Below are positions 16,422 to 24,391 of a stretch of 64,000 nt of DNA, one piece after another; position 1 is the first letter of the stretch, and each line of letters begins with the position of its first letter. The position numbers and the translations under genes were made by a program. The notes under the pieces are model-generated. The model was not told where the DNA came from, made no database searches, and saw only the letters and a program-made list of their open reading frames with translations. Source of the DNA: a virus; IMG/VR virus record IMGVR_UViG_3300038427_000078; one strand, given 5' to 3'.

Positions 16422-16906
16422 TCGCCGTCATCCCCGCCACCACTGAACGAGTCGTCCCCACCGCCATCGTCGCCTGACGAGTCATCACTGCCCGAGTTGT
16501 CGCTTGGAGAGTCAGACTGATCGTCGCTTGGAGGAAGGTCCGAGGGATCATCTGCTTCCTCTGAACTCTTCGTCGCTTCGTCCGACTGGTCGAGTTCGTC
16601 CTTGGACGCACCCTCTTCTGTCGGCGTGGATGATGTGGTCGGGACTTCCGACTTGTACGTCGGAGCCGTCGCGTAGTTGTTGTTGTTGATCACCGTGGAG
16701 TTCTGCTGGCTCAGCAGAAGATACCACCACACGACCGGGATCCACTCGCCTTCGCGTCCACCGCTGCTTGCGGTCTGCTTGCACTTCGCGGCGTGCGGTT
16801 TGCACACAGGAACGCTTGACGTGTTGCTTCCGCCGCAGGCTGTCAGGCCGATGGCGATCACCAACGCTATCGCACAGAGTGCGATCACTGCATAGAGCCG
16901 TTTCAT
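16418..16906 (-). CDS. Lipoprotein with acidic D/S/G tail
   Basis: Signal peptide and lipobox MKRLYAVIALCAIALVIAIGLTA-C, a WWYLL motif, and a low-complexity C-terminus. Confidence 0.75.
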   Translation of the reverse strand: MKRLYAVIALCAIALVIAIGLTACGGSNTSSVPVCKPHAAKCKQTASSGGREGEWIPVVWWYLLLSQQNSTVINNNNYATAPTYKSEVPTTSSTPTEEGASKDELDQSDEATKSSEEADDPSDLPPSDDQSDSPSDNSGSDDSSGDDGGGDDSFSGGGDDGE

Positions 16907-17085
16907 ACTATGAATTTCACCCCCTCGTATAGTCCGATTCCGCCCCAAAGGATGATGTTCCCGAAGACGATGAACTGCGCAAGCAGCGTGATCCACGCTG
17001 ACTGCGAGTAGGTGCAAGTCACCTTGTCACCTGCGGACTGCCGAGTCGTGTAGATAGGCAGCGATTGCCCGATACCCTTGAGCAT
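16903..17085 (-). CDS. Small membrane protein
   Basis: C-terminal hydrophobic segment, coupled to neighbours on both sides. Confidence 0.6.
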   Translation of the reverse strand: MLKGIGQSLPIYTTRQSAGDKVTCTYSQSAWITLLAQFIVFGNIILWGGIGLYEGVKFIV

Positions 17086-17408
17086 CAGCCCACCAACGTC
17101 ACAAGTGCGAGGGTGGACAAGAGCGCAATCCCGATAGCGATGGGCACCTTGTGGTACCAGTGCGAGCAGAACGTCGCCGCATAGAACCCACCGGCGTCAG
17201 CGATGCCGTCGAAGTAGATGTGCTGCGTGTAGAGCCTGAGCGACGGAACTCCGTGGATTTCGTTCAGGTTGAACAGTGGCGAGAAGATCCCCGCCAGCGC
17301 GATCAGCACTAGGACGATGGGGAAGATAGCCCGCTTTGGCACCTGCCAACGTGCGATACGTACATGGCCGTGAAGAAGGGTAGTGGGGATGGACTGTCTG
17401 ATCTGCAT
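17085..17408 (-). CDS. Membrane protein (2-3 transmembrane segments)
   Basis: Hydrophobic stretches IFPIVLVLIALAGIF and VPIAIGIALLSTLALVTLVG. Confidence 0.65.
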   Translation of the reverse strand: MQIRQSIPTTLLHGHVRIARWQVPKRAIFPIVLVLIALAGIFSPLFNLNEIHGVPSLRLYTQHIYFDGIADAGGFYAATFCSHWYHKVPIAIGIALLSTLALVTLVG

Positions 17409-17584
17409 CAGATGCTCCGCTCCACGACGCGCCAACGGCGGAAGGGTCGTGCGGAGCGCTTGACCAAGATGTCGATGCGCTGGTTCCCGCTGCTACGGCC
17501 TGCTTTGAGGTTGGCCTCTGCTTTCGCCGCGTGGTGTTCCGCGATGCGTCGGGTCAGGTGGTATGAGCGGGTGTGCTGTGCCAT
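17408..17584 (-). CDS. Small basic protein, first gene of the accessory operon
   Basis: MAQHTRSYHLTRRIAEHH.. starts 9 nt after a consensus sigA promoter. Confidence 0.6.
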   Translation of the reverse strand: MAQHTRSYHLTRRIAEHHAAKAEANLKAGRSSGNQRIDILVKRSARPFRRWRVVERSI

Positions 17585-17593
17585 GATGTCGGT

Positions 17594-17622
17594 ATCGTAG
17601 CAGCCTGTCAGCAACTTGTCAA
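17594..17622 (-). promoter_or_regulatory. sigma70/SigA promoter TTGACA-17-TACGAT
   Basis: Consensus -35, 17-nt spacer, TG-extended -10. Confidence 0.85.
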
Positions 17623-17867
17623 GGTATCGACGTTGTGGGGCCAGGAGAGTCCGATTTTGTGTCCGTACTGACAGACGATTTGGGATCCCGCTTGTGGTCG
17701 GTGGCATAGAACCCCTTGCCCTTGAAGTGGATGGCGGGAGCGTGGAAAACACGGGCCGCATCGAGGCCACAGTTGGTGCAGGTGATCGACGCCGGAATGT
17801 CCGACATCGGGAAGATTCCCTCACTCAGATGCTTGCACGTCGAGCAGCGATACTCGTAGGCAGGCAT
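17619..17867 (-). CDS. FmdB-family zinc ribbon protein
   Basis: MPAYEYRCSTC..CTNCG..RVFHAPAIHFKGKGFYATD. Confidence 0.9.
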   Translation of the reverse strand: MPAYEYRCSTCKHLSEGIFPMSDIPASITCTNCGLDAARVFHAPAIHFKGKGFYATDHKRDPKSSVSTDTKSDSPGPTTSIP

Positions 17868-18610
17868 CAGGTTTCGACTTCGGCAACCGTTTCTGAGGGG
17901 AGCCATATCCCGGCCAGTTTGCCGTGATCGCCCTTGTCCCCGATGTCAACGCAGTACGACAGAATCTCGTCGCCTCCGTCCTCCGGTACGTGCTTGTACG
18001 TGCGTACCTTGGGCGGATGAGCCGTGTGGCCGAACACCTGCGGAAACTGGAAGCTGAGCGCTTCCTTCGCGTCCCGCCAGAGTACGCCGCCGCAGAAGTG
18101 CGATCCGCCTCGTTCGAAGCTGATGGAGTCCCGCACAGGTACTCGCGTATCGCTTGGCTCTACCTCGTCGTTGAGCCATTTCGCGCATACCGCTGCTGAC
18201 ATCGGCTTCTCGATCAGCTTCGGGTGCAGACCCGCGTGCGTGAGGAGGAAGCCATGCGCCTCGTACGCCAGTTTGAGCTTGCCCGAGGAGCGCAGCGCCA
18301 GCACCTTGTGAATGACGTGCGGCTCAGGACGACGGTAGCCGCCGAAGCCGTGGGTCCGCTCTTCTACGAGCGCCCGGTCATGGTTGCCCCACAGCATCAC
18401 GTCGAGCCATGCCGGGGCCACCGTCACGGTTTCGTCGTCCTCCTGCTCTGTGGCGTATCCCCAATGGCCGAAGTCGCCAAGCTGCACGACCGTCACGTCG
18501 GGACGAAGGCGGTCGCCCTTGTCGTCCAGCAAGCCCTCCTGTTGGAGCAGCTTCGTGAGCCGATCTAGGTGGCCGTGAACGTCGCCTATGACGAACGTGT
18601 CGTCAGTCAT
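17867..18610 (-). CDS. Calcineurin-like metallophosphoesterase
   Basis: GDVHG, LGD, GNHD, THAG and FGHT motifs. Confidence 0.9.
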   Translation of the reverse strand: MTDDTFVIGDVHGHLDRLTKLLQQEGLLDDKGDRLRPDVTVVQLGDFGHWGYATEQEDDETVTVAPAWLDVMLWGNHDRALVEERTHGFGGYRRPEPHVIHKVLALRSSGKLKLAYEAHGFLLTHAGLHPKLIEKPMSAAVCAKWLNDEVEPSDTRVPVRDSISFERGGSHFCGGVLWRDAKEALSFQFPQVFGHTAHPPKVRTYKHVPEDGGDEILSYCVDIGDKGDHGKLAGIWLPSETVAEVET

Positions 18611-18855
18611 GGATCTTCCCCGTGCTGTCGCATGTAGTCTCCGCGTCCACCGTATTTCTCCTTGCAGTCGTCGTGGATGATGCCCTTGAAGTAGGACGAA
18701 ACGCCATCTTCCCCTAGTCTAGCAGACTTGTGGCAGTACATGCACCGGACGTATTCCAGCGCCTTGCTGATGTAGCGCCGCGCGAGGGGAACACACGGAG
18801 GATCCTCGCACAGCGCTGCGTCAGCTTCTTCAAGCTCCCACTGGTTAGAACTCAC
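18607..18855 (-). CDS. Hypothetical Cys/His protein
   Basis: GTG start overlapping the upstream gene, with CMYC..HDDC. Confidence 0.55.
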   Translation of the reverse strand: MSSNQWELEEADAALCEDPPCVPLARRYISKALEYVRCMYCHKSARLGEDGVSSYFKGIIHDDCKEKYGGRGDYMRQHGEDP

Positions 18856-19246
18856 AGGCCCATCCCGTAGATTCCGCCGTGGCGTAGTGATAGCCCGTGT
18901 CGTCCTCGTACGAGAAGGAGTGAGGCGGTCCACAGCATCCGCATCCGCAGCCAGGGTCGGAAGCGCATTCACCCGTGAGCCGTTCCCACTCAGGGATAGC
19001 GTCAGCCGGGTTGTCGAACTCCTTGGCAGCCGACATCGCTTCGCCGCCAAGCCACTCCTCGCCCTTCGTGCGCGGGCACGGGACAAGCGGGTTCTCATAC
19101 GACACGGACGGACGGCTGTAGCCGTACTCGCCCTTGGCGACCCAATGCACGTTCCAGCCAGCCTCCTCTAGCGCCTCCCAATCCTTGCTGTCAAGCCACC
19201 AGGAGCCGCCGCTGTTGTTGCTGTCGTATGTGACTACTACGCCCAT
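18845..19246 (-). CDS. Hypothetical phage protein
   Basis: YDSNNSGGSWWL and GCGCCGPPHSF motifs. Leaderless start after a sigA promoter. Confidence 0.7.
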   Translation of the reverse strand: MGVVVTYDSNNSGGSWWLDSKDWEALEEAGWNVHWVAKGEYGYSRPSVSYENPLVPCPRTKGEEWLGGEAMSAAKEFDNPADAIPEWERLTGECASDPGCGCGCCGPPHSFSYEDDTGYHYATAESTGWACEF

Positions 19247-19252
19247 GCCCTG

Positions 19253-19281
19253 ATAGTAGCAGGCTCTCGCCCGCTCGTCAA
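19253..19281 (-). promoter_or_regulatory. SigA promoter TTGACG-17-TACTAT (leaderless)
   Basis: Consensus spacing, with the ATG 6 nt downstream of the -10. Confidence 0.8.
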
Positions 19282-19745
19282 GCCATTCTGCTGCGGGCTA
19301 CGATTTCCTGGGCCTTGCGAGTGCGCTCACCCACGTCGGACGGGCGCTTGGGAACGACGGCGATCTTGTAGACGATCACGCTGGCGTTCATGTCGATGTC
19401 CGTCCCGTCTACCATGACGCCTGTCTCGTTGCCCCATTCATCAGTCTCAGGCTGCTGGATCCAGACAAGGAAGCTCTCCTCTTCATCGATGACTTGCTGC
19501 TCCTCCATCTCGATTGGCTCGAAGTTGCGGTCGTGGAGGAGCTTCTGGACCTCCGGGTCACGGGTGTCAGGCCATGCGGTCCTCACTTGCTGGCCGTCGT
19601 TGAGTTCGGCTAGCCGCTTGGCTAGCTGCTCTTGCTCCTGCTCCGTATAGACGTTGGTGGTTTGTAGTTTGGGCTTCGAGGGATCACGGATCGTGTACCC
19701 GACGAAGCTCCCTGTCAGGGTATAGATCGCAACGGCTTCAACCAT
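19278..19745 (-). CDS. Hypothetical acidic protein
   Basis: Start MVEAVAIYTL lies 6 nt after the extended -10 TGCTACTAT (19752-19760). Confidence 0.65.
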   Translation of the reverse strand: MVEAVAIYTLTGSFVGYTIRDPSKPKLQTTNVYTEQEQEQLAKRLAELNDGQQVRTAWPDTRDPEVQKLLHDRNFEPIEMEEQQVIDEEESFLVWIQQPETDEWGNETGVMVDGTDIDMNASVIVYKIAVVPKRPSDVGERTRKAQEIVARSRMA

Positions 19746-19782
19746 GACTCCATAGTAGCAGATTCCCGCACAGTAAAGGGTG

Positions 19783-20265
19783 ATGGCCTTCACGAACTGC
19801 ACAATCACCGGAACCTTCAAGGATCCCAGCGGCAATCTTCTGAACGGCACCTTCGAAGCTACTCCTTCCGGTGTCATGCAGAACAGCGGCGTCACGACCT
19901 CGCCCAAGACGATCAAAGCCAAAATCACCGCAGGAGCACTCTCTGTCAAACTCGTTGCCAACAACGACCCCGGTACGCTGCCTCTGACTGGCCCGAGCAG
20001 CCTTGACGGAACGACCACCTTTTACACCATCAAGGTCATGTTGGGCGGAGTGGTGCAGGAACAGTTCACCGTTTTCGTCCTCCATGAAAAAGAAGAATGG
20101 GACATCACCGAACTGCGCGAAAAAGCAGGCCAAGTCGGGATCGCTCCGAGTCAGCGTCAGCCGTTGACCACAAGGGCGACCAATCAGCAGATCGTTGAAC
20201 TTCTCGGCAACCTCGGTTTGTGTGAGGTCATTCAGATCCAGCCTCTACCCGGAGAACTTCCATGA
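19783..20265 (+). CDS. Putative virion structural protein
   Basis: Beta-rich ORF that begins the neck/tail operon, preceded by GTAAAGGGTG-ATG. Confidence 0.6.
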   Translation: MAFTNCTITGTFKDPSGNLLNGTFEATPSGVMQNSGVTTSPKTIKAKITAGALSVKLVANNDPGTLPLTGPSSLDGTTTFYTIKVMLGGVVQEQFTVFVLHEKEEWDITELREKAGQVGIAPSQRQPLTTRATNQQIVELLGNLGLCEVIQIQPLPGELP

Positions 20266-21110
20266 TCGGCACCATCGCAGTCCGCTTCGACATCGGCCAG
20301 ATCAACAAAGGCGACACCGCCGAGTTGAAATCCGCGCTGCGGGTTGCCGATGGCGTGGTGGAAGCCAACGAAATCGCGTCCGTCACCTACACGGTCCAGC
20401 GACCGAACGGCATCCTCGAAGAGCCGGTCGAAGGTCGCATCGAACCAAATGGCGAAGGCTACTTCCAGTGGACCGAAACCGAAGAAGAAGGCAAATACAT
20501 CGCGCAGGCACAGTACCTACTCACCACAGGTGAGATTCGATCTTGCCTCGTCAACTTCACTGTTGAGGATCCCTTCCTCATAGACAACCAGCTTGAACAG
20601 ATTCTCGCAGAGGAGGTCTGGTTCAGGCTCGAAGACTGCTTCGAAGCTGTCGAAGGAGGCCCGTGGCTCCGCGACGAAACGCTGGCGAACTTCGATGAGA
20701 CTAAGATCCGTCGATTCATTCCCGAGGTACTGCTCGACATCAATGTGCAGTCGCCGTTGACCCGAGCCAGCCTTGGCGAATTCGTGTCGCTGGGTTCAAG
20801 CAACCCCAATCTTCCACTACTCGCCAAGGGCGTGCTCTGCAAGACGATTCAACACATGGTCCGTTCATACGCCGAGGTCGCCGTTCCAGTCGGCGGACAG
20901 GTTGTCTACGAAGAACGCGCGAACTACTGGCAGCGTTGGCAGACCATCTACAAGTCGGAGCACGAAGACTACTACACAATGGTCCGCCTCTGGAAGCGTG
21001 GATTCCTCGGATACGGCAAATCCGCTCTGCTCGTCAGCAGCAAGGCGGGTCGCCTCTTCTACGGCTCCGTGCAGCGCACCCGGAACGCAGGAAGGGGTGG
21101 CTATTACTAA
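20262..21110 (+). CDS. Head-to-tail adaptor with N-terminal Ig-like domain
   Basis: Position in the module and helical C-terminal half (VWFRLEDCFE..GGPWL, ..YWQRWQ). Confidence 0.6.
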   Translation: MIGTIAVRFDIGQINKGDTAELKSALRVADGVVEANEIASVTYTVQRPNGILEEPVEGRIEPNGEGYFQWTETEEEGKYIAQAQYLLTTGEIRSCLVNFTVEDPFLIDNQLEQILAEEVWFRLEDCFEAVEGGPWLRDETLANFDETKIRRFIPEVLLDINVQSPLTRASLGEFVSLGSSNPNLPLLAKGVLCKTIQHMVRSYAEVAVPVGGQVVYEERANYWQRWQTIYKSEHEDYYTMVRLWKRGFLGYGKSALLVSSKAGRLFYGSVQRTRNAGRGGYY

Positions 21111-21170
21111 TACCCTTCAACGGTTGTTACTACTGCTGCGTAATGGGTGGAAACTACCAAAGGAGGCTAT

Positions 21171-21590
21171 ATGAGTACCCGTGTCTGTAGCAAGTGCGGC
21201 GAAGTCAAGAACCTTGAGAAAGACTTTCAGAAGGGGAAGCGGTATCGGGGCGGATACTATGCCCAATGTCGCGATTGCCGTAAGAAGCATCCTTCGCAAA
21301 CCCCCGAAGCTAAGCTGTTGAATCTCTACAAGATTCGTCGGCGCAATCTTCAATTCGTTTGGGACTACTACAAGGCCCATCCCTGCGTTGACTGTGGTGA
21401 GCCTGATCCGATTGTATTGCAGCCGGATCATGTACGAGGCAAGAAGCTAGACGGCGTATCCAGGCTCGTACATAACAACCGCTCCTTGAAGGTAATAGCT
21501 GATGAGCTTGCCAAGTGCGAAATCGTGTGTGCCAACTGCCATGAACGGCGAACAGCCGTCACCCAAGGCTGGTACGCCGATGTTGTCTAG
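21171..21590 (+). CDS. HNH homing endonuclease
   Basis: HPCVDCGEPDPIVLQPDHVRG..KCEIVCANCHERRT. SD AAGGAGG, with the late motif at 21140. Confidence 0.88.
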   Translation: MSTRVCSKCGEVKNLEKDFQKGKRYRGGYYAQCRDCRKKHPSQTPEAKLLNLYKIRRRNLQFVWDYYKAHPCVDCGEPDPIVLQPDHVRGKKLDGVSRLVHNNRSLKVIADELAKCEIVCANCHERRTAVTQGWYADVV

Positions 21591-21954
21591 AATCAGATGT
21601 GGACCGACCGGATTCACGGTTCTCTTTCGAGAGGGTCATCCTCCAACGTTTTGTCAGCGCGTTACTGAGACACTTCCCATCTCTGGTCCGGGTAAGCTAG
21701 TTCTCAATCTCTTCGAGGAGTTCGGCACAGATGGTGTAGCCAACAAGGTCTGGAATCGCCTTGGTTACAACCCTCTAGTAGCACGCGGAACAAGGGTCAT
21801 CCGTTACATGCGTTATTTTGGTGGAGAGCCTTACTCGGAAGAGTACATGGATGTGAAGATAGTAGCCGAGAACGGAAGTGTGGAAAACGTAGGTTCCATG
21901 GAGGTCATCAGCCAAATCGAGCTAACGTATGCGGAGAAGAAAGTGGCCGCATGA
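21580..21954 (+). CDS. Truncated tail-tube paralogue (124 aa)
   Basis: Colinear with the tube protein at 25919: GFTV..FCQ.V, LVLNLFE.FG..G.A.KVW.RLG, PY.EEY, VG.ME...QI. Confidence 0.8.
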   Translation: MLSRIRCGPTGFTVLFREGHPPTFCQRVTETLPISGPGKLVLNLFEEFGTDGVANKVWNRLGYNPLVARGTRVIRYMRYFGGEPYSEEYMDVKIVAENGSVENVGSMEVISQIELTYAEKKVAA

Positions 21955-21974
21955 GCGGATACTACTGATAGGCT

Positions 21975-22766
21975 ATGCCGCGTGAACCACTCACTAAGCC
22001 CCTCTACAAAAACGTCATCCGGTTCCTTGGTGACGCTGGTAGCGCGGCTGACATCCGCCGTCGTAGGCGATGGACGGGGCAGACGATGCGCCGCCTTGGT
22101 ACCCCTGTGCTCATCAAGCACATGTATACCATCGATGATGTCAAGAAGAACCCGACCGAAGAGGAAATCCTCAACGGGACTGCTGCTCAACTAAGCACCA
22201 ACTTTGATACCGCCTACGACCAATCGACCCACAACGACCCGTTCTCACATGGGGTGGGTTATGTATCGTGGGCCACAACGGAAGGACTCGAACCGCAGGA
22301 ATGGATCGCTCCTGACCCCAACGGACGCAAGCAGGCCAAACTCGTCCAAGGACCATACGAAGAAGGCTTTGTCCCGGCTCCGCTCTATCGCGGCTATGGT
22401 CCGGGCTACCTGACCTACGTCATCCTGCCTGACGCTCCGGTCGATGTGTTCAAGCTCACAGACGAGGGCGCTCTCATTCGCACACAGCAGGCTCGCGTCA
22501 ACCTCCCGTGGTACCCGGAAGTGGGAGACAACGACATCCTCATCACCGTCGAACTGGACGCCGCTGAGCGCATCATCAAAACGGGCACCCGTTACCAGTT
22601 GAAGAAGGTCAACCCGGTCACCATGAGGGGCCGCGACAGGCTGGGACGACAGGAGCTAGGACAGATGATCGAGGGCGGAGGTAACAGGTACCGAGTGGGT
22701 CAGTTCTGCGAAGCTAACAAGGTGCCCGAGACTGAGCCGATCTATGAAGTGGAGACAGATCGATGA
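21975..22766 (+). CDS. Head-tail connector / stopper protein
   Basis: Synteny, plus beta-rich C-terminus LPWYPEVGDNDILI..RYQL. Confidence 0.55.
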   Translation: MPREPLTKPLYKNVIRFLGDAGSAADIRRRRRWTGQTMRRLGTPVLIKHMYTIDDVKKNPTEEEILNGTAAQLSTNFDTAYDQSTHNDPFSHGVGYVSWATTEGLEPQEWIAPDPNGRKQAKLVQGPYEEGFVPAPLYRGYGPGYLTYVILPDAPVDVFKLTDEGALIRTQQARVNLPWYPEVGDNDILITVELDAAERIIKTGTRYQLKKVNPVTMRGRDRLGRQELGQMIEGGGNRYRVGQFCEANKVPETEPIYEVETDR

Positions 22767-23923
22767 GCGAAGAAATCGACACCAACCAGAAAGACCAGCT
22801 TAGCGAGAAATCCGGCTTGCAGCAAGTCACGCCACAGTATCTCCCGCAGGCCACTCTACAGTACCGCACATTCCTCAAGCGATCCATCACGGAGGGGTTG
22901 CAGAATGCGTTCGTCCAGTACGATGACGAAACACTAGAAGCGTGCAAGATCGGTATCGACTACCAGACCTCGCGCATCAACTTCCCGAACATCGTCGTCA
23001 AGTATTACGAGAAGTCGCTACAGAACGCAGGCGTGGGCCACAAAGAGTGGGGCAACAATGGTCAGCTTACCGAACTCATCGCGGAGGAAGTCACGATCAA
23101 CGCGGCGGAAGCCAAGCTCGAAAAACTCGCCAGCACCGAGCCTCTGGTCGCTGGTGAAACCACTGTGCGCGGACCGGGGATCCCACCGGAGACATTTGTC
23201 CAAGAGATAATCGACGGCACGTCCGTCTTCTTGAGCAACCACCCGGAACGGGACGTAGCCAGCGCTACGGTGCGGTTCAAATCGTACACGTCAGACAAAT
23301 ACACCGAATACCACCATTACCGCTACAACGGTGACATCTCGCTTGAGATATACGGCATGAGTTCCGCCGACCGCGACCGCGTGTCTGACGCCGTGGTGGA
23401 GGTTGTCGCCATGGGCACCGTAGGCGTCGAGGGTCGGAGCTTTCAGGAACGCCTCTACAACACCATCGAACAAGCCAGCTTCCCGTACTCGGCGTGGCAC
23501 TTCATCGTCGTCAATACAGACATCCTCACCAACTATGGCGAGACAGAGGAACTAGCGCCATGGATGCCCGAGGACGTGTGGCTCTACAAGACTGAGTACC
23601 GCTTCCCTGTGCAGGGCGAGTTCTACAGCATCACTCCGCTTGTCCCGGTGGCCGATCTTGCCCTCGTCAAGCAAGTGGATGTCCACCCGTTCCACGAAGA
23701 GCGCGAATCCGGACAGCCCATTGACATCATCCCGGTCGGGGTCGAAGACGATGTGGTCCACATGAAGACTCCGGAGGAATACCCGGATGAGGTCATCGCT
23801 CCCGCAGACTACCTCCACATCAAGAAGAAAGTCCGCAAAGTGGGTCAGGGCAAAGTGAAGTTCGAAGGATTGGAGGCAGGCTGCGGGTTCTCGGCCAGCC
23901 TGGTCCCGAGGTTCATCCCATGA
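22763..23923 (+). CDS. Tail terminator / completion protein with an inserted beta domain
   Basis: FPNIVVKY..LQNAGVGH and EIYGMSSADRDRVSD motifs. Precedes the sheath gene. Confidence 0.6.
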   Translation: MSEEIDTNQKDQLSEKSGLQQVTPQYLPQATLQYRTFLKRSITEGLQNAFVQYDDETLEACKIGIDYQTSRINFPNIVVKYYEKSLQNAGVGHKEWGNNGQLTELIAEEVTINAAEAKLEKLASTEPLVAGETTVRGPGIPPETFVQEIIDGTSVFLSNHPERDVASATVRFKSYTSDKYTEYHHYRYNGDISLEIYGMSSADRDRVSDAVVEVVAMGTVGVEGRSFQERLYNTIEQASFPYSAWHFIVVNTDILTNYGETEELAPWMPEDVWLYKTEYRFPVQGEFYSITPLVPVADLALVKQVDVHPFHEERESGQPIDIIPVGVEDDVVHMKTPEEYPDEVIAPADYLHIKKKVRKVGQGKVKFEGLEAGCGFSASLVPRFIP

Positions 23924-23965
23924 GAGAACTGATTTCTTGGTCGGTACTTGCTGGTAAATGACGAT

Positions 23966-24379
23966 ATGGATAGAGATTTTGGTCATTGGCTTGCTGGTTT
24001 CATTGATGGAGAGGGATGCTTCACCATCGTCAAAAATAGAGGATCCTGGCAATGCAATTTCGCGATATCCGTTCGGTCCGATGACGGTGCAATCTTGATA
24101 CAGGCCCGCGATTGGCTACAGGCCGGTCACATCTATCAGGCTCCTCGTAACCAGGGGCGAAATCCCATGGTCGAGTGGCGTATTGGCAGTTTAGATGATT
24201 GTTTAGCCCTCATCCAGTTGCTAGACGAGTGTCCTCTTCGAGCCAAGAAGGCAGCCGATTATCGAATCTGGCGCGAGGCCATATTTGCCAAACAAGAAAG
24301 CGACAATCGCAAGATAGGATCCCTAGCCCAAGTCCTCAAAGCAGGACGGGCTTACAAACTCGCGTCATCGCCTTGGTAA
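23966..24379 (+). CDS. LAGLIDADG homing endonuclease (single motif)
   Basis: WLAGFIDGEGCF, ..PLRAKKAADYRIW. Confidence 0.9.
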   Translation: MDRDFGHWLAGFIDGEGCFTIVKNRGSWQCNFAISVRSDDGAILIQARDWLQAGHIYQAPRNQGRNPMVEWRIGSLDDCLALIQLLDECPLRAKKAADYRIWREAIFAKQESDNRKIGSLAQVLKAGRAYKLASSPW

Positions 24380-24391
24380 TGGATGAGATTC

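Noticed and set aside
23966-24379. Group I intron around the LAGLIDADG or HNH genes
   Set aside because: Flanking genes look complete and the spacers are too short for a ribozyme core.
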